Source: Podarcis erhardii (Eukaryota). Taken from it: DNA of 64,000 bases. The notes beneath the pieces are model-generated. The model worked only from the letters and a program-made list of their open reading frames with translations. It did no database searches and was not told the DNA's origin. The stretch lies in assembly GCA_964252035.1 (NCBI GenBank), contig OZ176207.1. One strand, written 5' to 3'. The position numbers were made by a program, and so were the translations under genes. Numbering within the stretch: position 1 is the stretch's first letter; each line of letters opens with the position of its first letter. Shown here piece after piece: positions 13,074-26,166 of the stretch.

Positions 13074-14419
13074 AAGGGAAATGTAGTAAATAACAACTGG
13101 GTTCTCCTTGCTATACTGTATTTGCAATGCTTAGAATAGAGCATAACAACATTTACAACTGCAGAAGCATTGATATCATTGCAACAGTTAATGGCACACA
13201 AAGTGCAGATACGTAGTTTGATATGTTTAGAATACAAGAGCCATTGCTATACTGCCTCTGAAATGCTGTGATTTTAAAGGAAAATTCATCTGCCTAATCA
13301 ATGGTAGAAGGTGTGGCAATCTTTACAATATATCTTCAGTTGGTTAAAGCCATCTGAGGAAGGTCATGTTTGGATCCAGCCCATGGTTGGAAACAAACTC
13401 ATTTATTTAGTGAGGATGAGGGGCTAGCCTCTTTATGCAAGGACCCTGGTGAGAGGCCATTTAGGACATAGGGACCTGCTTGTGTGCCCTGATGTAACAA
13501 GAAGGGAATAGTGACAACAACACTGAACACTGAATGAAAGGCAGTCACTGGATTGAGTGAGACAGTGCCAGGTTAGTCATTCACCATTATATTTTGGCTG
13601 GTTCACCACCTAGGTCAGGCACTATCCAGCATTTTTTTGCTGTTTTATATTGTTTTGCTAGCCATCATATTTATTGAATTTTTATTGTACATTTCTTCGT
13701 ATTACTATTCTGTTTACCCCACTTTGGGGACCAAAAATCAGCATATACATAAACCACAATATAATTGACATATAATGATTTTTCTGAATGAGCATGGTTC
13801 CATGTAACTACAGTTAAATGAGCTGGGAATTCTGGTTATAAAATTCAGTAATGATGTTTAAATAATTAGTTCTGAATTCACAAAGAAAAACTGTTTGATT
13901 TCCCTTTTTTAAATTGCATGTTAGCTACATATATATTGAATTGTTTATCACCTTCTGAATTTATTAAATTTGAATTTGTGGATGGGAGTAATGGGTAGAA
14001 AACGCTCTGTAGTGGGTACCTGAAACTGAGGGTGCTCTGCTTTGGGTGCCTCCAGGTCTGAGGCCTTCTCATTGGCAGTACCAGCCCCATTGAACTTTCT
14101 GCCTAGGAGAGTCTGGTAAATGCTGCCCGAGCCTTTTTTTTAGAATAGCATTTGCTGGCCTCATGAAGTCTGAGATGGTCTGGTAGCTAGTATTTTAGTG
14201 GATTACTCTTTTATCACTGAAGTGCTGCTGTTATTTTAATTGTCTCCATATATTATATTATATTCTACTATGTTTTCTTGGTTTTAAATTTGAAAGCCAT
14301 TATGTAGATACCTTTTGTAGGATACCTGGTATCAATGTCAATCTTAACGGTAGTTACCGTTTTAGCAAGAGACAGTTCACATGCCTTGATATGCATGATC
14401 ACAACATATATCCATTATC

Positions 14420-14620
14420 AGCCATATCCATTGTCACATGAGCGGACTCCCCTTTCTTCTTCATTCTGCAGCCACCCCTGTGCCCCTATCTGCTCCAGAG
14501 GGTGCCCCAACCCTGTAAAACATTTTGTGGATATGAGAGAAAGGAGAAGAAGGGAGTCCTGTTGAGAAAGCTGAAGTCCATTTGCAAGAGGGCTGGTTCT
14601 ATTGGAGGCCACCCTTTAAT
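14420..14620. repeat. Unclassified short interspersed (MITE-like) repeat, copy 2
   Basis: Shares its core with 5370-5580 in the opposite orientation. Confidence 0.4.
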
Positions 14621-16457
14621 TTTGGCGTAGTAGAAATTAGACAAAATGAGGGGAATAATCTTATGGTGGTATCTGGCTAGGTAAAATTCAGAATAGACCC
14701 ATTGGAATTAATGGACTTAAGTTATACATGACCAGCTTTCCATCTGTTCATTTTAGTGTATCTGTTCTGAATACAATCTAGTCAGGGACCATCCTCAGTG
14801 AATATCAGCTTTACTTTGTGATCATTACAATTACTTTATGTCTCCTGAAATTCTTGCAAAATTTGTTTTTTTGAGAATTTTTTTAAAAAGTGTTAGTCGT
14901 AAGCAAAAATAAAGTTGTGAAAATTCAGATAACCTAAAATTCTTTGTATCACAAAAAGAAAGCTAGAAGTGAAAAGACCAGAAGGTCTTTATCATAATTT
15001 TTTAAAGAGCTCTATTGATGCTATCCTTGCAAATCACTGGAGCCTAAGGAAAATAATGTAAATGGTTCATTATTTAGCTTATTGAACTTTCTTGCAGTTA
15101 GGCTGACAGATGATGCAATGTTTCCCAATCACACAACTACCATTTTAAAAGCATTTTTATTGAATATACTGCTGTGAATATTGCACCCTGGAGCTTTATT
15201 TAGGGAAATGGTTCAATTGATGTTTTCTTTTTAACCTCATTTGTTGACCTATCAAAACATATTTGGTTAATAAGCAACAGTATCATTTGACAGACTGGTT
15301 TTCTGCATTCAATGTTTTTAAACAATGCAGTGTTTTCTGATAATTTATAGCTGATCACATTTCCATATGTGACAGCATATACTAGTATTCTTTGAAGCAT
15401 GCACCATATAGTCTTAAGATGGCAGAAAATGTTCGCAGCTGACAATCAAGAAAAAATATGTAAATAGTTCAAGCATATATCATTCTTTTGCTAAAACATT
15501 AAAACTTCACAGAATATATTGAAAGCATTCCACAATAAATGAATGAATAGGAACAACCCAGTTTCAAGTAATGCACAATATTCATGGGCACTGAAATGTC
15601 TGATAACAAATTTTGAAGGAATTAAGACCAATGGGAAGCTTCATTATAATGCATGTAGCTACTGTAGTTTCAGATAAGTAACTTATTCTGTATTCATAGC
15701 ATGAGCTCTACTTATGCCAAGCTCATTGTTTCTTATGATAAGTGATCAATATTTCATTTTCTCTGAAAGAATGGAAAGTTTCATTTGTCTACTCCTTGTG
15801 CCCTCTACAGCATACCAAGGAAAGGGAACATATTGAGAATTCCACTGATGAAACCTAACTGCTGATGCTCTGTTATCATACATGTATGCCCAGTTAAATG
15901 AACAGTCATAAAAGGATATGAACTTAGTAAATAGAGCAATAAGTTCAAAGGTCACAAGCCCAAATAATTCAGAGACTTACTATGAACAGGAGCCATTGAA
16001 GACCTTTGCCCCTCTTTGGTCAGTGAAGATGGATTAGTCACAATTTTAATGATGGCTAATTCTAATGAACTAGCCACTTATTTGCTACACTTTAGCTGTG
16101 CATATACCAAAACATCCCACATTTGAAATATTAAACATTATTTTAATATTTTGTGAAGACATGGTGAGGGAAGAGTAATGGAAGTAAAGTAAAATAAAAA
16201 GTAATACAAAGTTTAATAAAAATGTTCACAACAATGATAAGATATCCATATGCAAATTAGAGTGGAAAAGCCTCATTTTACATTGTGACGTGATTGTGAA
16301 ATATTTTTCCCAGAGTACATCAAAGGAATTTTACAGTGGCCACATATCATATGAAATATTGCTTCTTAAAATTGCTGAATTGTACAATTGTTAAAATTGA
16401 TGTTGTTACATTTCTAAATTAGAGGTGGGGCAGACTCAAGGCTTGTGGCATCGTGTA

Positions 16458-16478
16458 TGTGTGTGTGTGTGTGTGTGT
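16458..16478. repeat. (TG)n microsatellite
   Basis: About 10 TG units. Confidence 0.9.
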
Positions 16479-16654
16479 AAAATTTCAGAAATAGCAGATC
16501 TGTGCACAAGCTCAGCATAAGAATTAGTTTCTAGTACAGAACTGAACTCACTTTTCAAATCCACTCCCTGTTTCTCCTCCAAACTTTTTTTTTTAATCAG
16601 CAACCTTATTTGGGGACAGGAAAGGCTTTTTGTTTTACATATTTGAAAGATTTA

Positions 16655-16990
16655 TATTCTGCCTTTATTGTACATAATCTCAAGGCTGGTCACCTTGAAA
16701 TAACAACAATATAGAAACATACTATATAAAATCCATCAGTAAAACCATCTCAAAACCTGCATTGCTTAATCTGCTTCCTACGAGAATGCTAGGTGCCTTA
16801 ATAGCTCAGCCCCCATCCCCACCAAAAAGCTGGAAGAAGAGATGGGGTTTCAGTCAGTGTAGATAACTGAACAGTGCTGGTACCAGTTGTGCCACAGGGA
16901 GCAGAGCATCCCACAGCTGGGGGGGGGGCACCACCAAACTAAAGCACCTTGGGCTTCACTCAGTTGTGGAATGACATGAAGGGCCTCAGT
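16655..16990 (-). mobile_element. Diverged L2 LINE 3' fragment
   Basis: tttatattctgcctt..tctcaagg tail; catcccacagctgggggggcaccacca typical of the squamate L2 3' region. Confidence 0.45.
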
Positions 16991-17970
16991 TGCCAACTCT
17001 CTTTTGAGTCAGAAAAAAGGGCAAGACACCCTTAAGAGGGGGTCTTTTTCCTTTCTTAGGCAAGTTTTCTTCCTGTTCCATTTCCATTTGGAGCAAGGCC
17101 GAATCATTTGCGGTAGCACAGGAGACACTGTATTCCAGGTTGTTATGGCTCTCATCCAAATTGCACTCATGGACCCTTCCATGAGCCTGACTTCATTTTA
17201 TCAAAAGAAACTTCTTCCTATAAATGAAGCAGAAGATTAGGATCCAAGCCTAGTTTTCTTTGAGTACTGTTGATAGGCTAATATATTTGACTGAACTACC
17301 AGATACTGATATTTTGGGATTCTCTAATAAATATAAAAGCCTGGTGATTCTTCTCTATTGGCTCCTTGACCTTATCTGTTAGCACAGGTATAACTATCTA
17401 AAATGTAGCTGTGCTATAAACTGCCAACTCAACTTGCATGTGAAGCCATGCATAAACTAAATAATAAACAGATGTGAGTCACCAAATATAGAACACTCAA
17501 GTCCTCGTTGCAAAGGGACACAAATGAGATGATAGGGTATTAACGGAAAGATGCAATTTACAGGTCAGAATGTAATAGTAACCTTTCACTGTGAAAATTG
17601 AAAATTAACCTTTGGAGTATTGGATCATTTGCAGCTAATATAGTGAGCTTGTTAGACAAACTTAAAACAGCTATTGTTGTGCATCTGAAAATGACATTTT
17701 AAAGTGTATTTATTTTGGACTCCTCTTTATTATATTCTCATATAATAATCATTTCACCATATTTTAATTTACTGATGCTTACAGTAATACACATGCAGCA
17801 GCAAATCGTTCAGACTGCCCCCCACCACCACTATACTCAAATAAACTTTGCTCATTAATTACTAGGCACTGAGTTCTTTCTTTATTTCTTACTAGTAACA
17901 TCTATTTCCTGATGCATGCCTAATGAAGGCAGGTCAGTTTAGCTAGCTCTTCTTTGGGTTCTTTATAGAA

Positions 17971-18393
17971 CAGGACAGCTCAAATTTTCATACCAAGTGG
18001 GCCACAAGAGAACGTCAACATGGAATACTGTGCTTTCGGGGGGGGGGGGGAATCGAGCCTAAAATTTGATGATCCCCAGCCCTCACATTGTCTTCCCAAA
18101 GCTGGGTAAGCAAGTCAGTGGGCTTTGAGGAGAAGGCCCACTGTCCTAGAGAAGGCCCACTGGGTCCTAGAGTCTCCCTACCTCTATCCTGAAGGTAACT
18201 AAGCTTCGGGAAGGAGGTGGGTGGACTGTAGGAACCTGGCAGAGCCCTCACACCTCCTTACCAAAACCCAGAGCCTCATTAACCCGGTTTTGGCAAGGCA
18301 GCGTGAGGGCGGCGGGTCAAATGTTGTCAAGGGCCACCAAAAAAGGCCTTGAGGGCTGCATGTGGCCTTTGGGTTGCGTGTTGAACCAGCCTG
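17971..18393. mobile_element. Non-autonomous hAT element (423 bp)
   Basis: Imperfect TIRs CAGGACAGCTCAA and TTGAACCAGCCTG; 8-bp TSD ttatagaa / ttatagag; gggctgcatgtggcc subterminal motif; internal ~20-bp duplication gagaaggcccactg..tcctagag. Confidence 0.75.
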
Positions 18394-18527
18394 TTATAGA
18401 GCAACACTCAGTGTTTCAGATTCCTTCAATTTCCAGCATAAAAAGGTATACACACCACTGGTACCAAACTGTATGGGAAACAGTTATGAGCTTTTCATTG
18501 TTTGTAATGGATTTATGAATACCTGTA

Positions 18528-18778
18528 GAGTCATACCTTGCATCCCGAACGCCCTGGAACTCGGACGTTTTGACTTCTGAACACCGCAAAGCCGGAAGGG
18601 ATTGTTCCATTTTGCAAACATTCTTTTGGAATCTGAACATCCAACGGGGCTTCCACGGCTTTTGGTTGGCTGCAGGAGCTTCCTGCAGCGAATGAGAATC
18701 CGTAATTTGGTTTTTGAACGTTTTGGAAGTAAAACAGACTTCTGGAACGGATTCTGTTCGACTTCCAAGGTATGACTG
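18528..18778. mobile_element. Tc1/mariner (Tigger-type) MITE
   Basis: TIRs (G/C)AGTCATACCTTG and CAAGGTATGACTG; TA / TG flanks; central palindrome ctgcaggagcttcctgcag. Confidence 0.8.
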
Positions 18779-18960
18779 TGTACTGCAATCCTTAAGGGAT
18801 TTTGTTGGCCTGGTATTTCATACCTTGGCTTATATATGGTACAAAAAATATTTGGCTTTTTAAGTTTTTAGATTTCTACAATTAATCATAGACAATTGTT
18901 TGTGTGCAGTTTTATTTGCACTGGATACAATTGACAATCAAAACTTACTTCTCTTTATAG

Positions 18961-19122
18961 GTAGCTCTGGTACAATGGACAGAAAGTGTTGGTCTTACTT
19001 TGGTGAGCAGGGATTTAACTTCAATGCAGCTGAAAACCCCCAGTGGACAGATTCTGACATACTATATTCTGCAAATTTTCCCTTTTACATCTGAAAGCAA
19101 ACGAATGGGAATCATAGTGAGA
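18961..19122 (+). CDS. ATP9B: ATP9B coding exon
   Basis: tttatag|GTA..AGA|gtaagt; [54 protein letters not shown]. Confidence 0.97.
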
Positions 19123-19362
19123 GTAAGTTTTGTCAGTCTTTTTCTTCATCTGTTTTGCAGGTCATATATTTATGAAAGCTTATTGTTTTGAAAATGTATG
19201 TAAGTTTTGAAATATAAAAGTTGGCTAACTATATGAATAATATTGATTTGTCCTCCTCAAATACTTCATGTCTTTGGTAATAACTTACCAAAGGCTATGG
19301 GTATTTGCCTGTGGTATGAGTAGACTATGCTGTTTTCTAATATATAGTATCTTCCCCTGCAG

Positions 19363-19455
19363 GATGAATCTACAGGTGAAATTACGTTTTACATGAAAGG
19401 TGCAGATGTTGCAATGTCCTCCATTGTTCAGTATAATGACTGGCTAGAAGAGGAG
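19363..19455 (+). CDS. ATP9B: ATP9B coding exon (KGAD motif)
   Basis: ctgcag|GAT..GAG|gtaag; [31 protein letters not shown]. Confidence 0.97.
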
Positions 19456-20559
19456 GTAAGAAATGTTAAAAACAGTTGTTTCAATTTGAAGAGAAAAAGT
19501 AACTGTTTTACTTTGTCATAAGGAAATGTAGAACTGTGAAATTAAAGAACAGAAGCAAAATAGTAATGGCTTCCAGTCCAATAACATCTGTCTGCTTCAA
19601 AGATAGAAATAATGAACCAAAGAAATAATGGATTGGGAAATGCAATTAAGTGTATCACTAATAGGTTTTAAAGAGTTGCAGTGGTTTAGAAATTTTGTAT
19701 AATGCAAAAAGAAGAAGAAAGTTAACTCTCAAATTAAACAACAGATGGATGTCTTTTTTAAGTATTCAGAATTCATTCCAGAACAAATAAACATATAAAA
19801 TGAGGTTGAAAGAGCTTCTTTAAATGCACCCAACTTTTTTCTTTTATTTTCTTTTTAACTACCATACATTTTTACTGTAACATTATAAATAAATTTATTT
19901 TCACAAACTAAATACGTTGCACTGTGTTGCTGTACTAGACACCAGCAATTGTCTTAATTTGACCTTACATATAGACAATATGGTAATGTGATGATCACAC
20001 AATGCATGTTCATAATGGTATTGGCAATATAAATCAATACCTGCTTGAGGCAGTTTGATTTAATCAGGGGCATGAATAAATTAAACTCCCTGAAGAGCTA
20101 ATAAAGTGTCATAAAAATTACTTTTGGCGATAATGATGCACAATTAATTGTAAAATACTTGCTTAATTTATTTAGCATTATGAGGTCAAATCAATAATCA
20201 TTTTGCACTAGACAGAGAGCATCAAGCATTTTAAAGAATCATTAATGTTGCTGTTTTGTATTATTTTTAATTCTTGTGTTTTAATTTAACAAAATAAACT
20301 TACTGCCAATCATGTTTATGCTATGGTAATAGTAATTCTCCTATGACACATAGATACATTAGCCTGTAAAACTAACTTAAAAATCATTTTTAATATGTGT
20401 AGCTTGGGTGGGCAGGAATGAAACTTGTTGAAATAAAGCAATGGCTTAAAAATCATGTAGAGGCCCACATAAATGTTTGGTTGAATATTCACAATCAGGC
20501 TTCCTCATTTTCAACTTTATTTGCTATTTTTATATAGAACTTCCAGGACTTGTTTTTAC

Positions 20560-21340
20560 TATCAATTTATGTATTTAATATAGTACTATCCCACCTTTTA
20601 TGGCAAGTCATCACATTTTTTCAATAAAAGTGTTTAAAACAAACCTATTAAACATGTTAAATCTTTTAAAACATCAAAGTAAAACATCTATGAGGGGACA
20701 GCAGTAAAATCAATACAAGGCTTGGATAAATTTAAAGGAAGTATTTGGGTGCAGCTTTAAAGGACTAAAACAGGAGGGCAAAGAATTGCTGGGAGAGGGA
20801 ATTCCACCTCTGAAAAGGCCCTCACCCTGTTACATGCCAACCTGATAGACCTTAGTGTTGGGCTCTAGAAAGGGGCCTCTTAGGGCCTTGCAGATTTACA
20901 TGGGTGAAAGCAATCTTTCAAATAATCTGTTACCAAATTGTTTGGGGATTTAAAGACTAGTACTAGCACTTCAAATTGAAACCACCAATGAATGGGTACC
21001 AAATGCAGATGATGAAAAATCAGTATATTATATGATCAAACCACCTAGGCCCAGCAGTCATTCTTATGACTGAATTTTGCAGTTGATGAAGCTTCTAGGC
21101 TGCCTTTAAAGGAAGCACTCACCGAAAGGTAGCCTAGACCGAATGTAACCAGTGTATGTTTTGCTGAAGCCTGGTCAGTTTTCTCCAGATAGGATTACAG
21201 TTAGCTACCAGCTTCAGCTAGTTGAAAGGCATGCCTAACCACAGAGATAACAGCAGCTTGTAGATTCTTAGATGCCCAGATGCTTAGAAAGTTGAAGTAA
21301 TTTCAATCTGTTTTAGTATTTTAACTTTTATATGTTTTAA
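20560..21340 (-). mobile_element. Diverged L2 LINE fragment
   Basis: gggaattccac..gaaaaggccct, attgaaac, gaattttgcagttgatgaagcttc motifs of the L2 3' ORF2/UTR read in reverse. Confidence 0.5.
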
Positions 21341-21946
21341 AGATAACACTGAGTCTAGAACTTTGTTCAGGCATCTGTCTGAACATGTAAAAGGTTAAAC
21401 TGGGGATGGGAGCAGGGTGTACAAGCAAGCTCTGCCCCCAGGCACTTCAACTGTAGAGTAATCCTGTTAAAAACTGGTTGCAAACCACATCGGTGGTCTT
21501 CTCAACCAATATACTTCTATATTATTTGGATTAAGTTTATTTGCTTGCCCTCCCAGAACTGCCTCCAGCCACTTCTTTCAGGTTTCCACTGCCTCTCTTG
21601 AATAGTAGATGTAAGTGAGCATTAGAAATGTGAGAGGCTGGAAGCTTGAAGCGCCACAAAGGCCAGTAGCTCTGGGGTGGAAAAGGCCATCCTCTAGAAC
21701 CACCTTCTGAACCCACCCTTTCAGAAAGGACTGGAGCTGGTGTAACTCTCCCTTGAATAGTTGGGAGAAACTTGCAAAATGATGTTGCACCATTTCCAGC
21801 CTTAGAGTTTTTTTCACATTGATTGTTCATTTGTGATATCAAAGCCTATTAATTTGAGTTTGGTGAATGGGCCCCTATCACTTGCAAAGACATTTCTGAT
21901 TCATAATTCATGACTATGCTTTATTGTTTATTATATGCAATTTTAG

Positions 21947-22030
21947 TGTGGTAACATGGCAAGAGAAGGACTACGCACTCTGGTTGTTGCCAAAAAATCA
22001 TTAACCGAAGAACAGTATCAGGATTTTGAG
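21947..22030 (+). CDS. ATP9B: ATP9B coding exon (GLRTL motif)
   Basis: ttttag|TGT..GAG|gtaaa; [28 protein letters not shown]. Confidence 0.97.
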
Positions 22031-22440
22031 GTAAAAAACCCTCATACTATACTGATGTTTTTGTATTACTCTGGGTTTAACAACACACTTAATCCAAAAT
22101 ACTTCAGTGTTTCAAAATAATTTAGAATGGCTAATATAGACTAATGATGAGTGAGATCTACTCTAGCTTGTTTCATCATAGGCTCAGTCTTTGTGGGCTT
22201 TTAGGAGAAAACTCTGAGAAAGCTTGGACTTTTCTCACGAAAGCTTGAAAAGACACTGAGCCCCATGAAGCTACCTCCCAGCCATCCATCGTCACCCTCT
22301 TGCCCTCTTCTCAAACTTATCTCTGAGTGGAGGAGAAAATCTGGCAGCAAGGAAGGCTGTCAACAGTCAAAGCCTCATCTTTAAGTTTTCAGGCTTGTTG
22401 TCTCCTAAGCATTGAGCTATGAAATGTTGTTCCTCTAAGA

Positions 22441-22883
22441 CAGTGGTTTTCATCCAGTGTGCTGTGGCACCCTAGGGTGCCTTGAATGATGGTCTGGGGT
22501 GCTGCGAGAACACTGGCCTCTGTCCCTCTTTCCTTCCCTGCCTCCTCTAATGCCTTCTCGCGTCTCTGCCTCCCAAAGGCTTGCACAACTGTTGCAGCGT
22601 CCCAGGCTACAAGCTTCCTAGGCGAATGGTGCCTCTGGAGCTGGTCAGGGGGTGCTTCCCAGGCCCATGTGGGGCATTGTGAGGAGGCACCTCTCTTTGG
22701 GGCAAGACTAGGAGTGGCAGCTGCGGCTCCCCATAGAACTCCCAAGGGAGGGTGTTTGAAAAAGGGTGAGCGGCTGCCAGCTCTGCAGACAAGGGGGTGA
22801 CATAACTGAGCTCCCCAGGGGTGCCACAAAAAGTATGTAGTTGGTCAAGGGAGCCGTGGACTCAAAAAGGTTGAAAACCTCTG
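22441..22883. mobile_element. Non-autonomous hAT element (443 bp)
   Basis: TIRs CAGTGGTTTTCATCC and GGTTGAAAACCTCTG; 8-bp flanks ctctaaga / atttaaga. Confidence 0.75.
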
Positions 22884-22934
22884 ATTTAAGATATTAATTG
22901 AGCATAAAAATATCAGTGGTTACTAAACGTGATG

Positions 22935-23085
22935 CCTATGTTCTGCCTCCACTGTCTTGAAGCAGTAGGCTTCTGTATATCAGTTGTTGTGAATCACAAG
23001 TGGGAGGAATGCTGTTATGCTGAGGTTGGCCCATGTGAGAACAGAGTGTTGGACTAACCCAGCAGGACTGCTCTTACATCCTTAC
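22935..23085 (+). mobile_element. CR1-type 3' tail fragment
   Basis: tgtgagaacagagtgttggactaa..cagcaggactgctcttacatccttac resembles the CR1 3' end. Confidence 0.5.
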
Positions 23086-23156
23086 GGTAGTGTCCCAGTT
23101 GGCAACAAGTAAAAACCTTTTATGTATATAAAGTTGGATTTTTGTCTTGTAAATAG

Positions 23157-23327
23157 AATCGATACAACCAAGCAAAATTAAGTATACATGACAGAACCCT
23201 CAAGGTGGCCGCCGTTGTGGAGAGTTTAGAAAGAGAAATGGAATTACTGTGTCTCACTGGAGTTGAAGATCAGCTACAGGCTGATGTCAGGCCAACTCTG
23301 GAGATGCTTCGAAATGCTGGAATAAAG
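23157..23327 (+). CDS. ATP9B: ATP9B coding exon
   Basis: aatag|AAT..AAG|gtact; [57 protein letters not shown]. Confidence 0.97.
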
Positions 23328-23777
23328 GTACTAGCTTTTGTTTTGTCAGATAGTTAACTTGTTTCTTTAAATTTGTTGTCTTTGCATGGTAGATTTATTT
23401 CCACGAATAGCAAATGATTCAGTCTGCTACCATGTGAGAAGGAGCGTTTGGATACTGGATAAGCTCCTGCAGATTAGGCCGCAGAACTAAAGAGAGAGAA
23501 AGGAGAAGCCCAGCTGAGTTCTCTTATACCCATGTTGTCACTTCTCATGGAAGACTTATTTAACTATTACAGCAATAGATAACTATTCAACGAAGAATGT
23601 ACACAAAAGTTCACATAAATATATTCTGTACCTGCAACTGTCATAAAATGTTTCTCTGTGAAATATTCCATGAATGCAGCCACAGACACATCTGTTTGTA
23701 TGACAATACTGACTTACTTCACATGACCTTCGTCCTATCAACCTAAACTACCCCTTCTTCCTACACAGAGCCTCAAC

Positions 23778-24057
23778 CAGTAGCAGATGGGGCGAGGGCA
23801 GGAGTAGTGCTGGTCACCCGATCTCTTGGCTGGTGAATCACTGCTGCTTCCTGGGAAGGTGAGTGGGAGATAGAAGATGGTGGGGAGCTCAGCACTGTGT
23901 GAACATGCTGGCAGGAGTGCTGTATTAACTGTGCCAGTGCATTTGCACAGCCCCAACCTCCCCACAAACTTGTACCTCCCACTCTTAGTATAAAGCAGCA
24001 ACTCTGCTGCTAAGAGGTCAGGTGAGCACTTCTGCCCCATCGCACCATCCACTACTG
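23778..24057. mobile_element. Non-autonomous hAT element (280 bp)
   Basis: TIRs CAGTAGCAGATGG and CCATCCACTACTG (11/13); perfect 8-bp TSD gcctcaac (23770-23777, 24058-24065). Confidence 0.85.
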
Positions 24058-24250
24058 GCCTCAACAGCTGGACCCTGCAACATATCCTTAGCAGAGGGGA
24101 CCTGTACATTTTTGTTTAATGATATATAATAAGAATTTCCTTTGATAGACAGCAATTGAACACAATGCTCAGGAAAGAGATACATTTGCATTTTTTGTGA
24201 ACGCAATAGACAAATAATAGTCAACTAAACTACTCTCAATTACTTCATAG

Positions 24251-24349
24251 ATATGGATGTTAACAGGAGATAAATTGGAGACAGCTACTTGTATTGCAAA
24301 AAGCTCTCACCTAGTATCCAGAGCACAAGATATTCATATTTTCAGACCT
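24251..24349 (+). CDS. ATP9B: ATP9B coding exon (TGD motif)
   Basis: tcatag|ATA..CCT|gtaagt; [33 protein letters not shown]. Confidence 0.97.
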
Positions 24350-24450
24350 GTAAGTATTGCTACCAGTACTTTGTTTCTTGTCACCCTTAGCAATGTCTGC
24401 TACTGTTGTGGTGTTTGCTAAAGACATGATAAGTGTTCATTCAATTTATG

Positions 24451-24487
<37 letters not shown>

Positions 24488-24488
24488 G
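24451..24488. repeat. (GACA)n microsatellite
   Basis: About 9.5 perfect units. Confidence 0.95.
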
Positions 24489-25345
24489 TATGGTAAAAGA
24501 ATGAATTCCAGTGGGAATGCTATACACCCTTAGCTGCCCCAGTTTAATTTGGTTTTTATGTTTCATGACATCTGTTGAATTATGCACATATACTCATGTT
24601 CTCATGCACCTACATGCCCACATACTATGCGCCTGCACAGGCCATGTCAATGGGAACCATACAGAAAAAGTCTTCTGTTTCAATTTGACCCCATGTCAGA
24701 GGATAGCTAAAGTGCAGTAAAGCCAGCTTAGTGTCTTTCGGACTACACTGAGAACATATTGACAGCTTTTTCTGATAGTCAAGGCCAGAGATGGAGAAAC
24801 TCCAGTCTGTGAGCTGATCTTGGTCTGCTGGCTTGTCCAGTTTGGCTCACACGGTCATTTCCCCCAGACTATGGCCATATTCCTAGAGTACGCCTTGCAA
24901 GTTTCCCCACCCTCACTTAGTGCACAAGGACTTCCTCTTTTGGAATTATAATTGCATGAAAATGTCCACTTTGGAAATTATCAGTATTTGCTATCCCTTC
25001 TGCTCCACATTCCTTATATCTTATCCCTTTGGAAATCCTGGGGTAGAATACAGTTTCTCATTCCAATAGTTTTTCATCTTCTATGAAATATTGCCCTGGT
25101 CCGATATAGCAATAAACCATGATTTAGCATTATGACAATGTGCCACAACTTGTGCAATCTCTGCTCCTCTCCCCACTCCCCAGCTTTGCATCATTCCGAA
25201 GGGGAGTTTTAGAAAATTTCACCTACTCAGCTTCCCTTCAGCATTGCAGATATTGCTGTATCTTGATTATTTACAGTGGGAAGCAAGAGATTTATAGAGA
25301 TTTAAGGGTGGGAAAAAACAGAGTAATTCCACCATAGTATAAAGC

Positions 25346-25346
<1 letters not shown>

Positions 25347-25394
<48 letters not shown>
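25347..25394. repeat. (GATA)12 microsatellite
   Basis: 12 perfect units. Confidence 0.95.
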
Positions 25395-25439
25395 TTACTG
25401 TCACACCTTAAACTGTTGAATGTTTCCTTTTTAATTAAG

Positions 25440-25529
25440 GTTACAAGTCGTGGAGAAGCTCATTTGGAGCTAAATGCATTCAGAAGGAAACATGACTGTG
25501 CATTGGTAATATCTGGGGACTCTCTGGAG
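25440..25529 (+). CDS. ATP9B: ATP9B coding exon
   Basis: ttaag|GTT..GAG|gtaag; [30 protein letters not shown]. Confidence 0.97.
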
Positions 25530-26021
25530 GTAAGGCCCTGGCTTTTGTCAGTGACTGTACTGTTAAGGTAATTTAAAAATTGATTAATACTAAGTACTTT
25601 TACCACCAGACTGCCAAAAGAGGACCCGAATAGCCCCTTTGGTCTGCAGTTTGTTTTACATTAAAAACACTTAATACTGTAAGATTAAACCAAGTTGAGG
25701 AACAGTTTCCCAGAATATCTGTTATCTGATACCAGCCTTGGACTCATTGAAATAAATGGATCTACTTTGAGTATAACTTTGTTATCACCCTCCTTTTGCA
25801 AAAATACTTGTTTGTCATTTCACAATATCAAAGATGATAATAACTTTCTGTGAGTTAAATTCTCCAATTTAAATTCCAAGATACATGTACTTCTGGTGCA
25901 TGGGAATAGCACTGAAAAGTGATTCAACTTTCAACTAACTGCTTGGTCTCATGTTGTTTAAGCTAAAAATACTGCTGGAGTTCTGTTGAGTGCTAAACCC
26001 CCAATATGTTGCTTTTTGTAG

Positions 26022-26166
26022 GTCTGCTTGAAATACTATGAGCATGAATTTGTGGAACTAGCTTGTCAGTGTCCAGCTGTAGTATGCTGCCGATGTTCAC
26101 CCACCCAAAAGGCCCACATAGTAAAATTGTTGCAACACCACACAGGGAAACGTACTTGTGCAATAG
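26022..26166 (+). CDS. ATP9B: ATP9B coding exon
   Basis: ttgtag|GTC..ATAG|gtaag; [48 protein letters not shown](G). Confidence 0.97.
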
